From: Clostridia bacterium
Lineage (GTDB): Bacteria > Bacillota > Clostridia > UBA1212 > DUPL01
DNA: 64,000 nt
Reading direction: 5' to 3'
Assembly (NCBI GenBank): GCA_050951325.1
Contig: JBMNIW010000003.1
Coordinates: 128,001-192,000 of the forward strand
Positions 21,081 through 31,308 of this stretch are shown here, one piece after another. Under the pieces are notes generated by a model. The model saw only the letters and a list, made by a program, of their open reading frames with translations. It made no database searches and was not told the DNA's origin. The first letter of the stretch is position 1. Each line of letters starts with the position of its first letter. Position numbers and translations under genes: made by a program.

Positions 21081-23051
21081 TTAATTCAACATGTTCTGTC
21101 CACCAGTAACAGGTATTGCCTGTCCTGTTTCATATTTCTGTTCTACAACATAGAATATTGCTGTGGCAACGTCTATAATTTCACACCCTCTTTTCATCGG
21201 AACAAGATTTTCATAATGTCTTTTTACATCTTCAACACTCTTTGCACCGGGCACCTTGCCTGCCTTGAAATACTGTACAAACAGTCCCTTTTCAGGATCA
21301 GACCACAATGGACCGGAGAGAAGATTACCCGGGCATATAGCATTAACCTTGATGTTGTAAGGTACAAGCTCCAGTGCAAAACTTTGAGTAAGTCCTACTC
21401 CGCCAAACTTGCTTCCAGCATATGCAAAGTTCTTGTTGCTTCCGGTAAGACCTGACTTGGAGTTGATTTGAATTATATCCATGTAGTAATTCTCGTCAAA
21501 CCTGTTCTGAATCTTCATTATCCTCGATGCATATTTAGTACACAGATAATATGCGGTGTAGTTTATCTTAGTTACAAACTCAAACTTGTCAACAGTCATT
21601 TCTTCAAGACCGCCGGCAATTGCAACACCTGCATTACTTACAAATATATCAAGGCCACCGTACTCAAGAACAGTATCGTAAACCATGTCTCTTACATTGT
21701 CCTCATTACTTACGTCAACCTTTGCTGCGATGGTTGCCTTGCCGCCATACTTTTTGTTCATCTCATCGCTGTTCTCCTTTGCAAGAGGATAGTTAAGATC
21801 TGCAATTACGACATTTGCTCCTGCTTTGAGCATCTCTTCTGAAATACCCTGCCCAAATCCCTGAGCACTGCCTGTAACGATGGAGATTTTTCCATTCAAT
21901 CGCTTAGCATTTCCTGAGCCAAGGCTGACCTTTGAGCGATAAGCTTCCACTTCCCAATTGCAAATAAAATCAATCATGGCATCGGACATGAACAAGGGTC
22001 CGCCAAAGGCTTTTGAATAAACGCCTATTTTTATGGTGTCAAGGAACACATCAGCACAAATGTCGGCATTCTTCTTGCTTGTTCCCCATGCAAAGTATCC
22101 AAGACCCTGTATGCAAACAATCTTTGGATAGAATCCATGTTTTCCAGCGTATTCTTTAACACCCTTTTCTATCAGATCATACTGCTGTTCCATATCGTCC
22201 GCCTTCTTTACATAAAGTGGCCAGGGTCTGCAGTATACGATATGATCCGGTGAATATGCGGAGGATACGGGATAAAAACTTTCCTCATTCTCCATAAACT
22301 TTAAAATCTCATTGTTTGTTCTGAAAGTAACAAAGGATGTTCCACCATCTCTCAGAAGCATTCTGATAGCTGGTGCAATCAAAGCTGCTTTTTCCTTGTC
22401 AAAATTAGCTTCAGTTAAATCAGGATATTCTTTTATCCTGTCTTTTAATGCATCGAATATGAATTTGGTCTTTTCATCTATTTCTTCTTCAGAGTCTCCT
22501 GCAATAAATACTCCGTGATTCTGCAGAATAATAATGTCAGCATCCTTGTTTGTCTTTTCAGTATACTCCTTCATTGCCTTGTTAAGACAGGTTGCCAGAA
22601 CGTAACCAGGTTCAACCAGATCTATCCAGATTATTCTGTCTCCAAACAATTCATCCGCAATCTTTCTGCCGTCTTTTCCGCAAGTAAGACCATTCAACAT
22701 GGCTGGATGAGTGTGTACTACGAATTTGTATTGGAAAAGATTGTGCAGTAGAGTCTCAACACTGGGACGCTTGTGAAGTTCTGTCTTCTCTCTTGCGTCC
22801 ATCATGTCCTCAAGCACCTGTGCTTCCCTTTCCGTAGCATCCTCTGAATATGTTTTGTTGAACATGGCATTCAATTTGGCTCTGTTCATTTTCACAAAAC
22901 CTTCAGCAGTAATTGTGGCAAGCGTGGTTCCAGAGCCTTTGATATATAGAAATTCTGAATCTTTGTATGACGTGTTTCCGCCGCCTGCAAGAACAAAATC
23001 CGGATCTTGTCCGTATTTGTGTGAAATTCTGATAAGATCATTTAATGACAT
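21081..23051 (-). CDS. Class II aldolase domain fused to a sorbitol-6-phosphate-dehydrogenase-like SDR
   Basis: N-terminal GGGNTS, SVETLLH, HTH, NHG; C-terminal TGSAQGFG, INSKSG, YAGSK. Start ATG 23051, RBS GGGAGG. Confidence 0.85.
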   Translation of the reverse strand: MSLNDLIRISHKYGQDPDFVLAGGGNTSYKDSEFLYIKGSGTTLATITAEGFVKMNRAKLNAMFNKTYSEDATEREAQVLEDMMDAREKTELHKRPSVETLLHNLFQYKFVVHTHPAMLNGLTCGKDGRKIADELFGDRIIWIDLVEPGYVLATCLNKAMKEYTEKTNKDADIIILQNHGVFIAGDSEEEIDEKTKFIFDALKDRIKEYPDLTEANFDKEKAALIAPAIRMLLRDGGTSFVTFRTNNEILKFMENEESFYPVSSAYSPDHIVYCRPWPLYVKKADDMEQQYDLIEKGVKEYAGKHGFYPKIVCIQGLGYFAWGTSKKNADICADVFLDTIKIGVYSKAFGGPLFMSDAMIDFICNWEVEAYRSKVSLGSGNAKRLNGKISIVTGSAQGFGQGISEEMLKAGANVVIADLNYPLAKENSDEMNKKYGGKATIAAKVDVSNEDNVRDMVYDTVLEYGGLDIFVSNAGVAIAGGLEEMTVDKFEFVTKINYTAYYLCTKYASRIMKIQNRFDENYYMDIIQINSKSGLTGSNKNFAYAGSKFGGVGLTQSFALELVPYNIKVNAICPGNLLSGPLWSDPEKGLFVQYFKAGKVPGAKSVEDVKRHYENLVPMKRGCEIIDVATAIFYVVEQKYETGQAIPVTGGQNMLN

Positions 23052-23105
23052 GGATTTTCCTCCCAAACTTTTATACTAACTAGGTGTTTAACGCACGCCT
23101 AATTG

Positions 23106-23160
23106 CGACATACTTGTATGTCGTTTAAGTCATTTTATATCACCCACAATACATTGTCAA
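23106..23160 (-). promoter_or_regulatory. Sigma-A promoter with a downstream palindromic operator
   Basis: TTGACA (23160-23155), 17 bp spacer, TAAAAT (23137-23132); palindrome CGACATAC-TT-GTATGTCG at 23106-23123. Confidence 0.65.
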
Positions 23161-23162
23161 GT

Positions 23163-24308
23163 TTAGCTTCTTTTTCTGGTAATTTCCACAAGACCTAGTT
23201 TTGTAATATCTATGACACTGGGCTGCTCAAAGTCGTTTTTTGCAAGATTCCTCATGTATTCCAGCAAAAGCTCACCATTTTCATCCTTTTGCATGTCAAT
23301 AAAGTCGCAGACAATTATGCCTCCAATGTTTCGAAGCCTCAGCTGCCTCATAACTTCCCCTGCAGCCTCCATGTTTATAGCAAAAATGGCGTCTTCCTTT
23401 CCTTTTTTGGCATTGCCTTTAAACTTGCCGCTGTTTACATCAATAACAGTCATGGCTTCAGTAGGCTCTATTAGAATGTATGCGCCGCTTTCAAGCCATA
23501 CCTTTCTTCCAAGCAGTTGTACCAGCCTGCTTGAAATATTCAGGATATCGAAAATATCAAAACCGTTGTTGCCAACTCCCAGAGTCCTGACATTAAGCTT
23601 GGAGTAACGTTTTAAAAGAGAGTAAGTAAGTTTCGGGTCATCAGTATATATATTCTTGTATGTGCTTATTGGATATCGCCTTATCATCTCTGTGGCAAGA
23701 TCATCGCTTTCCCTAAGCAGGCGAGGATTTCCACCTGACTCATTAAGCGCCTTCAATAATGATTTGTACTCCCTAATCAAGGCGTTTGCCTCATTTTCAA
23801 TATCTTCATCGCTTGCATTGCTTGAATCCGTTCTCATAATGAGACGAATGCCAAGATCCTCCTCATCCTCAAGAATTCGCATTCCGAGATGCTTAAGAGA
23901 ATGCTTTATCTTCTCGTCTGCAATTTTGTTGGATACCCTGACATCATTCCGCAAATTTCTTCTTCCAGCCATTAGAACAACATATATGCCGGAAAGGGAA
24001 ATGTTCGTAGATACTGCAACGCCCTTGTCATAGTGTTTTGCACTGACAACCTGCACCATTACCATTGAACCCATATTAACTTTCCCTTCCTTAAGAAATA
24101 CGGATTCCTCAAGACCGATATCACAAAATGCTGTTCCAATCCCTTCAACGCAATCGGTCACTTTCGCAGCATAGATGTTGCCGACAAGATTTCTCTCTTC
24201 CTTTCTGTACTCGCATATCTCGCCGTTTTCAAGCAAAACCGTCTCAATTACATTATCCTTTGTCTTCGTTTTTAAAACCAGTTCCCTTTCCACTTTCAAG
24301 CAATTCAC
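23163..24308 (-). CDS. rng: Ribonuclease E/G family protein
   Basis: GNIY..V S1-like start, TEAMTVIDVNSG, RLRNIGGIIVCDFIDM, GLVEITRKR. Confidence 0.9.
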   Translation of the reverse strand: MNCLKVERELVLKTKTKDNVIETVLLENGEICEYRKEERNLVGNIYAAKVTDCVEGIGTAFCDIGLEESVFLKEGKVNMGSMVMVQVVSAKHYDKGVAVSTNISLSGIYVVLMAGRRNLRNDVRVSNKIADEKIKHSLKHLGMRILEDEEDLGIRLIMRTDSSNASDEDIENEANALIREYKSLLKALNESGGNPRLLRESDDLATEMIRRYPISTYKNIYTDDPKLTYSLLKRYSKLNVRTLGVGNNGFDIFDILNISSRLVQLLGRKVWLESGAYILIEPTEAMTVIDVNSGKFKGNAKKGKEDAIFAINMEAAGEVMRQLRLRNIGGIIVCDFIDMQKDENGELLLEYMRNLAKNDFEQPSVIDITKLGLVEITRKRS

Positions 24309-24313
24309 TCACT

Positions 24314-24940
24314 TCAAAATAGTTTTGTTCTGTGTATACCCGTAATTTTAACCTCCACGCCCACTTGCCCGCAAAGCGCCTTTATGGCAACTTCAGGCCT
24401 CAAGTTACTTGTATTGCCCGCATCCGTAACAATACTAAAGGCGGCGTCTTTAAACGTAAGATTGTGTACCATGGGACGTATGTCCATTTCCCTTTCCTTG
24501 TTCTTCGACTTCTTAACAATTACAAGCGGAGAATTTTCCTCATACACGTCAATTACTTTCCTTGCATCCTCTTCCGGCATATCAACCTTCACCACATATT
24601 CCGACCTTGAAACCACATTCATAATGTTGTCCGCATCCTCTGAAAGAACCTTTCCTGCCAGAACACGAAGGCCTTTTGGCATAACACTGTTCAAATCCGA
24701 AACAACTTTATCGGGATCCATGTCCTTGTCAAAATATATGTCTACAAACTCGCACTCGCTTGTAACACCTACAGGTAGCGGGTTGCCAAATACAAAACGG
24801 GGCCTTGGATTAAAACCTTCAGTGTATGCAACGGGCAGACCACACCTTCTTGATGCCCTTTCAAACAGTTTCAGCGTATCAAGATGAGATATGTACTTAA
24901 TCTCATCTCCTTTTGCATACCTTAGTCTAACTTTTATCAA
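24314..24940 (-). CDS. Radical SAM-associated protein (TIGR03936-like)
   Basis: KYISHLD, GFNPRPR, PLPVGV motifs; directly follows the radical SAM gene. Start set at TTG 24940 with RBS GGGGG. Confidence 0.85.
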   Translation of the reverse strand: MIKVRLRYAKGDEIKYISHLDTLKLFERASRRCGLPVAYTEGFNPRPRFVFGNPLPVGVTSECEFVDIYFDKDMDPDKVVSDLNSVMPKGLRVLAGKVLSEDADNIMNVVSRSEYVVKVDMPEEDARKVIDVYEENSPLVIVKKSKNKEREMDIRPMVHNLTFKDAAFSIVTDAGNTSNLRPEVAIKALCGQVGVEVKITGIHRTKLF

Positions 24941-26789
24941 CGCAAATACCCCCTTCATACAAAGCAGCGCCACATCCGGTGCATTTTTCCATGCAGTTGG
25001 GTGTGGTTTCTCCCTTTTTTGCCTTCTCAAGTTCTTTTTTCAAGAACTTTTTGGTGACACCAACAGATACATGGTCCCAGGGAAGAACTTCATCAATGTC
25101 TCTTTCTCTTTCCGTGTAAAACTCGATATCAAGACCTTCTTCCTTGAATGCGCAAATCCATCTATCATAGTTCATATACTCTTCCCAGGCGTCAAACCTG
25201 CCACCTTGTCTCCATACATTGTAAATAACTCTTCCAACACGTCTGTCCCCTCTAGAAAGAGCGGCCTCAATAATTGACGTCTCCGGGTCATGCCAGCTAA
25301 ACTTTATCTTCCTGTTCAAAGCCTTTTTCAACAGGTTCTGTCTCCTAATTATCTCCTCCTTGCTTATCTGACCGCACCACTGAAACGGCGTAAAAGGCTT
25401 TGGAACAAAAGTAGACACACTTACAGTAATCTCAGGTTTCCTTGCTCTTTTGCCCTCATGCACTTTCTTGTATATCTCCAGTATCTTGTGAGCAAGATCG
25501 GCAATGCCCAGAATGTCCTCATCTGTCTCCGTCGGCAGGCCCAGCATGAAATACAGCTTGATATTATTCCAACCACCTCTAAAGGCAATCTCGGAAGATT
25601 TTAAAATGTCTTCTTCAGTTATTCCCTTGTTTATAACATCCCTCAGTCTTTGTGTACCAGCCTCGGGAGCAAAGGTAAGACCGCTTTTTCTGACCCTTGA
25701 AACCTTCTCCATAAGTCCCAATGAAAAAGAGTCGACCCTCAAACTTGGGACACCCAGATTGACTTTCTTGTCTTCTATATTGGCAAGTAGTTCGTCGCAC
25801 AAAAGCCCAAGATTGGAATAGTCACTGGTACTAAGACTAAGCAAGGAGACTTCTTCATAACCTGTACTCTCTACAAGTTTGTTTGCAATTTCTGTAATTT
25901 TCTCAACACTTCTTTCCCTTACCGGCCTGTATATGAATCCGGCCTGACAGAACCTGCAGCCCCTTGTGCATCCCCTGAATATCTCTATCATTATTCTGTC
26001 ATGTACAACATTCACATATGGAACCACCAGTTTGCCAGGAAAATATGCACTTTCAAAATCCTTTACAACCCTCTTGACTACTTTTTCTTTCGCATAATCC
26101 TTGTATTCTTCCTTCACTTTATGAGCCTTGACAGTCCCATCCTCATTGTATTCAACTTCATAAAAACAAGGCACATATATGCCATCAATCCGAGCAGCCT
26201 TCTTTAGGAATTCAAACCTGTTTCCTTTTGACTTCTTCCATTCCTTGTACAAATCCATAAGATCATTCAGCATTTCCTCCCCTTCACCCAAGGAGAAAAT
26301 ATCAACAAAATCCGCAAGAACTTCTGTATTGTTAGCGCTGGGACCTCCAGCAATTACAAAAGGATCCCCTTCCTTCCTGTCTGTTGAAAATACAGGAACA
26401 CCAGCCAGATCCAGCATGTTTACAACATTCGTATAACTCATCTCATATTGCAGAGTAAAACCTATAAAATCAAAATCATTTATGGGTTCCTGGGATTCCA
26501 GCCCGAACAAGGAAAGATTGTTCTCCCTCATTTTTTCTTCAAGATCAGGCCATGGAGCCAACACCCTTTCACACCAGGTGTCTTCCCTGTCATTTAGCAA
26601 ATGATATATCAGTTTGTAACCCAAATGACTCATACCGATGTCGTACACATCGGCAAAACAAAAGGCAAAGCGAATGTCAACAGCATTCTTGTCCTTTACG
26701 ACACTGTTCCATTCGCCACCAGTATATCTTGCAGGTTTTTCGACTTGTGCAAGTATTTCATCCTTAATATATGTCATATGTTCAACCAT
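24927..26789 (-). CDS. B12-binding radical SAM protein (TIGR03960-like)
   Basis: EKPARYTGGE, CTRGCRFC (CxxxCxxC), TFAPEAGTQRLR. Confidence 0.9.
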   Translation of the reverse strand: MVEHMTYIKDEILAQVEKPARYTGGEWNSVVKDKNAVDIRFAFCFADVYDIGMSHLGYKLIYHLLNDREDTWCERVLAPWPDLEEKMRENNLSLFGLESQEPINDFDFIGFTLQYEMSYTNVVNMLDLAGVPVFSTDRKEGDPFVIAGGPSANNTEVLADFVDIFSLGEGEEMLNDLMDLYKEWKKSKGNRFEFLKKAARIDGIYVPCFYEVEYNEDGTVKAHKVKEEYKDYAKEKVVKRVVKDFESAYFPGKLVVPYVNVVHDRIMIEIFRGCTRGCRFCQAGFIYRPVRERSVEKITEIANKLVESTGYEEVSLLSLSTSDYSNLGLLCDELLANIEDKKVNLGVPSLRVDSFSLGLMEKVSRVRKSGLTFAPEAGTQRLRDVINKGITEEDILKSSEIAFRGGWNNIKLYFMLGLPTETDEDILGIADLAHKILEIYKKVHEGKRARKPEITVSVSTFVPKPFTPFQWCGQISKEEIIRRQNLLKKALNRKIKFSWHDPETSIIEAALSRGDRRVGRVIYNVWRQGGRFDAWEEYMNYDRWICAFKEEGLDIEFYTERERDIDEVLPWDHVSVGVTKKFLKKELEKAKKGETTPNCMEKCTGCGAALYEGGICVDKS

Positions 26790-26919
26790 CCTGTTTCAAA
26801 TATATTTTCCTATACCATAAAAGTTTACCACACTCAAAGTTGTTTTAGCAAATCCTCAATTTGACTCATAATTCACCTAGTGGTAATATTCTCTCAAATC
26901 ACCAAAAGGAGCATGTTAA

Positions 26920-27363
26920 ATGATAAAAGTCACATTTCATTCTGACACTGAAGTTGATGAAAAAAACTTAATCATAGCCATAATTGCGTCAATATACAAT
27001 AAAAAATGGGTGTTCTGCAAGCACAGCAAAAGAGGTACCTTTGAAATGCCTGCAGGAAGACGTGAAAAAAACGAAAGCATAGAGAATACTGCACGAAGAG
27101 AACTTTATGAAGAAACCGGGGCAACAAAATTCGACCTGTATCCTGTCTCGGTTTATTCAGTTATTGAAAACCACCAAACAAACTATGGAAAACTTTTCTT
27201 TGCAGATATAAAGGTAATGAAAAGAATACCAGAAGGTTCTGAAATGGATTTTATAATCCTGTCAGACAACCTTCCGGAAAAATTAACTTACGAATATATC
27301 CAGACGAAACTTTTCGAAAAGGCACTGGAATATGCCATTAGCAACTCCTTTATTTCTTCCTGA
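26920..27363 (+). CDS. NUDIX hydrolase
   Basis: Complete Nudix box GRREKNESIENTARRELYEETG; RBS AAAGGAG. Confidence 0.88.
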   Translation: MIKVTFHSDTEVDEKNLIIAIIASIYNKKWVFCKHSKRGTFEMPAGRREKNESIENTARRELYEETGATKFDLYPVSVYSVIENHQTNYGKLFFADIKVMKRIPEGSEMDFIILSDNLPEKLTYEYIQTKLFEKALEYAISNSFISS

Positions 27364-28948
27364 ATTTAACAAAGTACAAAGCAACTGCAGCAAACAGAAT
27401 CGCAATAAACACCAAAAGAACTATAATCAAGACAGCCGTGCTCTTGTCTTCCTCGTGTCCATCTTCCAGCTCTGTAGGACTGGGTGTCTCTGTAGCCACA
27501 GGTATTTCCGTAGCATCAGGAGCAGTCCCTGTAGGTTCAGGTGTAGCTTCCGTAGGTGCGGGTGTACTTACCGTAGGCTCAGGAGTTACACTTTCAGTTG
27601 GTTTGGGCGTTGGTGTCTCTGGCACATCTGTGGAAGGAATAGATGTATAGGCAATTTCCGCATCATTAATTATGTAGTAGTCCACATACAAGTTTTTCAC
27701 CGTCACATCTTCGTACTTTACCACTATTTTTCCTTGCGGTTTCGGGTCACTTATGGTTATCTGTACAGTATCGCTTGAAAAGGTTTTCTTTTCATACAAC
27801 TTGCCATCGACATAGAAAGCAGCCTTTCCTCTGGGCAAAAAGCCTTCTACCATATCGCTAACCTTGCAGGTTAGTACAAGTTTTCCATCAACAACCTTGT
27901 AACTTAGTGAGAAGGATAACTTTTTCGGATTAACAGTCAAAGTTAACCAATTGCTGCTGGTAATGGGCATGTAACTACCATCTGAGCCCTTGCTGGCATA
28001 AACTCTAACATTTTTATCAGCACCGATTATGTGGATTTTTTCACCGTCAAACTTGAAAACCCTTAAGGTATCAAATTCAAATGTAATCTGCCCATCACCG
28101 CTACCTCCCGTTACAGGCAGTGTAAAAGGACCTTCACCAAAGGTGTATTCCATTTTTATACCGTCTTTCAATATTTTTAGCTCATTCTGGTAAAGCTTGG
28201 GCTGATGGGAGTTGTCATAACTTCCAGACGATCTGGGAGCAAGGCCAAAAAGTTCCACAATGGCATCGGCAGTAGCCTTTCCAAGCGTTTGAAGGTTTGC
28301 ATCCTTTGTCAGAAACTCAAGGTCATCTGGGTTTGACATGAAAGCATACTCCATTATCAGACTCGGGATTCCATGGTCTATTCCCCTTTTTACAATACCA
28401 TAATAGTCGGCAAGGGTTCCATTGGGATAAAACACCCATTCCTCGGGCGTGTAGGTCCTGGAAGCGACTCCCCTGTTTCTAAGTCCAGTACGCTCACTTA
28501 CTTTCTCGAGTATCTTGTTTGCTACTCTCTTTGCCTCGCTTGCAACTTCCGGCCTGTAATTGCCGGAGGGCACAAAAGCCAAGGTACCTCTTGCACTTTT
28601 ATCTCCTGCATTGTTATGTACGCTGATAAACAAATCAGCGTTACAATGCTTTGCGAAATCCACTCTGGCTCCCAGTGTAAGATAATTGTCTTCAGGCCTT
28701 GTCTCATATATTCTTACATTTTCATATTTCTTTAGTTCTTCTATCGCATATTTTACAATTTTCAGATTCAGATCTTTCTCTCTGATCTCTACACCATTCT
28801 TGTCATTGTAACAAGCGCCAGGATCCCGCCCTCCATGGCCTGCATCAAAAACAATGACAAATTCTTTTTTTGCTTCCGCTCTGCCTGCAAGAAGCATAAC
28901 AAAAAGAGCAAAAACCAAAACAATTACAGACAATATATACTTTCTCAT
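27350..28948 (-). CDS. N-acetylmuramoyl-L-alanine amidase (Amidase_3) with Pro/Thr linker and C-terminal TM anchor
   Basis: Signal peptide, DAGHGG, EKDLN, SVHNNA, IMEYAF; PT-rich stalk; hydrophobic tail ending KFRKK. Confidence 0.88.
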   Translation of the reverse strand: MRKYILSVIVLVFALFVMLLAGRAEAKKEFVIVFDAGHGGRDPGACYNDKNGVEIREKDLNLKIVKYAIEELKKYENVRIYETRPEDNYLTLGARVDFAKHCNADLFISVHNNAGDKSARGTLAFVPSGNYRPEVASEAKRVANKILEKVSERTGLRNRGVASRTYTPEEWVFYPNGTLADYYGIVKRGIDHGIPSLIMEYAFMSNPDDLEFLTKDANLQTLGKATADAIVELFGLAPRSSGSYDNSHQPKLYQNELKILKDGIKMEYTFGEGPFTLPVTGGSGDGQITFEFDTLRVFKFDGEKIHIIGADKNVRVYASKGSDGSYMPITSSNWLTLTVNPKKLSFSLSYKVVDGKLVLTCKVSDMVEGFLPRGKAAFYVDGKLYEKKTFSSDTVQITISDPKPQGKIVVKYEDVTVKNLYVDYYIINDAEIAYTSIPSTDVPETPTPKPTESVTPEPTVSTPAPTEATPEPTGTAPDATEIPVATETPSPTELEDGHEEDKSTAVLIIVLLVFIAILFAAVALYFVKFRKK

Positions 28949-28969
28949 GCTCTCACCTTTCCAGATAAA

Positions 28970-31306
28970 TTATTCCATAATATCAATCTCAAGCTTGTAG
29001 CATTGAAGATTTCTTGAAAGGTCCAATAAAACCTTGTAGCCTTTGGGAACTGAGCATTTAACATTAAATACATCTCCATCAATATGCCATGAAAGGGATG
29101 CAAACCCTTGTTTGGTCCTGACAATCCCCTTGGCCCACATCAAACCATTGGGATTCGGACTTATGGTTATGGTTTTGTCCACCTCGTCAGGTATCCCCAA
29201 GCCCAGTACATCTCTTGTCAAATGAACACCCACATGCGAAGCAAATCCATGACATCTGCTGGAGGTGTCAATTGTTCTGTTTTCCCATAGTGTACCCGGC
29301 CCCTCCTTCAACTGAGGATAGAATATGGCTTTCATGTCTTCAAGCATCTTGTCATATTCCTTCCACTTTGAAAGAAGGTCGAGCCTGATGCAAAGACCTA
29401 TGAACAATCCTGCTTCGTCCACATATGGGTCTTTGGGATATGTGGGATAAGGCCCCATTGCATGAACCACTTTAAAAGCAAGCTCCTTTATCTCATCCTT
29501 GTCAAACAGCTCCGACCAAAGCACCGTATACTGATTTGCCTCGGAATAATTGCCTTTACATCTTAATTTGCCGTCCACATACTCCAATGTATCGGGTATG
29601 TATTTTTCGTCTTTAACAGTTTCCCGTAATATACTCCGTATACTCAAACCCAGTTCAACAAACTCACTGCAACCGTAAAGCTTGCCCAGTCTTAGAAGCA
29701 TATATGAATACAAACTGTTGGCCGATACTGAAATTGGCTGGGTGTAGTGATTGGATTTGGACCAGTCAACAAACACATGGGGCATGTTTGTCAAGAGTCC
29801 GCATTCTCCTAAAAATACCTTGGATCCCTTAACAAAGTCAAATATTCTTTGCCTGAACTTTTCTGCAAACTCCCAATCATTGGTTCTCTCCACGTATTCA
29901 CACATTTCAATCATCAGCCAGAAGGACCAGGTTGTTATTCCTGTCATCTCCTTGTAACTGCGTTTGTTTGCAGGGTATACCTCGGGGAAAAAGGCGTTCC
30001 ACATTTCATCCGAAGGGGTTAACAGGAAGTTTTCAATAAAGGCCTTTTCAACACTTGTATCACCAAGCATGACACTTGCACTTCTTGCAGTCCACAACGA
30101 GTCGCACAGCCATCCTCCCCTCTCCCTCTCAGGACAATCCATGAAAATATCCAGTGTGTTTAAAAGCAGCGTATGCCTTGCAGCATCATACAACCTGTTC
30201 AAATCTTCATCACTGCATCTGAAAAACCCCATGTTTGAGTCGGGATAATAATATGTATATATTGACACATTCCTTACAACTATCCGTTTTACACCCTTAA
30301 AGCACAGTCTGATATATCTGGCAAGGTAAGGTTCCATGGATATAAAGGAGATGTTTTTCTTTTTCAAAAATAATCTTATTGACCCGCCTGTTTGTATGGA
30401 CATATTACCTGTCAAATCCATTGCTTCGGAATGATGAATGTCACAAAAAGCGTCTTCCTCACAACTTTCTATTTCCAAATCAAGTGAAAAGAACCCTACA
30501 TGGCTTTTCCCAAAGTCGAATATGACATATGGATTCTCGTCCTCTCCGGGAATTATTTCACACTCACCATTACCAACATTGAATTTTCCTCTTGAAGGAA
30601 AACTTGCAAACCTTCTTGCGTCCTTGTCAGGCCTGTATTCCAAACCGTCATAATACTCCTTGTAACCTGGCTCATAAAATTCCTGTGGCACATTGATATT
30701 GTCATCATATACAAAGGACCCAAATTCCAACAGTTTCAAGGCGTCAATCCTATCTAGTTCTGGATACTCCATTCCTCTTTCCAGGAAAAAGGCATCCAGT
30801 TCGAGTTCCTCAACTTCATGTTCTTCATACATCTTGTCGTCAATCACATATATCTCTCCTGCGCCTCTTGAGTGGGATATCCTGCCTGCATTTATTCTCT
30901 TTATCATCCTGTATCCCTTGACGGTTCTATCACTGACAATCTTTCTGTCATCCAGTGCAAGTTCAAACAACAAAAGGCCCCGTTCCAACGTGCAATCATT
31001 GGAATAGCCGTTGAAACAATCGGAATAGCTGATGACATAAATGCAGATTTCATTCATACCTTTTTTTACATGCAAACTTATATCAATATCATCCACGCGT
31101 AAAAACTTATGTGCCGTTCTTGCAGGACCATGCATTACAAACACGTCGTTTACATACAACCTGTAAAACGACCTGGCAGTAATACTTATACTGGCGTTTT
31201 TTACATCTTCCAACACTTCAAAATTCTTTTTGAAACATGTAATTACATTGTGCTCTTTATCAAGATCCTTCAAAAAGATTGGCTTTGCATCAATAAAAAA
31301 GGACAT
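28970..31306 (-). CDS. GH78-like alpha-L-rhamnosidase family glycoside hydrolase (cytoplasmic)
   Basis: DCPERERGGWLCD, FDFG, TLWE...SRCHG motifs; no signal peptide. Confidence 0.8.
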   Translation of the reverse strand: MSFFIDAKPIFLKDLDKEHNVITCFKKNFEVLEDVKNASISITARSFYRLYVNDVFVMHGPARTAHKFLRVDDIDISLHVKKGMNEICIYVISYSDCFNGYSNDCTLERGLLLFELALDDRKIVSDRTVKGYRMIKRINAGRISHSRGAGEIYVIDDKMYEEHEVEELELDAFFLERGMEYPELDRIDALKLLEFGSFVYDDNINVPQEFYEPGYKEYYDGLEYRPDKDARRFASFPSRGKFNVGNGECEIIPGEDENPYVIFDFGKSHVGFFSLDLEIESCEEDAFCDIHHSEAMDLTGNMSIQTGGSIRLFLKKKNISFISMEPYLARYIRLCFKGVKRIVVRNVSIYTYYYPDSNMGFFRCSDEDLNRLYDAARHTLLLNTLDIFMDCPERERGGWLCDSLWTARSASVMLGDTSVEKAFIENFLLTPSDEMWNAFFPEVYPANKRSYKEMTGITTWSFWLMIEMCEYVERTNDWEFAEKFRQRIFDFVKGSKVFLGECGLLTNMPHVFVDWSKSNHYTQPISVSANSLYSYMLLRLGKLYGCSEFVELGLSIRSILRETVKDEKYIPDTLEYVDGKLRCKGNYSEANQYTVLWSELFDKDEIKELAFKVVHAMGPYPTYPKDPYVDEAGLFIGLCIRLDLLSKWKEYDKMLEDMKAIFYPQLKEGPGTLWENRTIDTSSRCHGFASHVGVHLTRDVLGLGIPDEVDKTITISPNPNGLMWAKGIVRTKQGFASLSWHIDGDVFNVKCSVPKGYKVLLDLSRNLQCYKLEIDIME

Positions 31307-31308
31307 GG

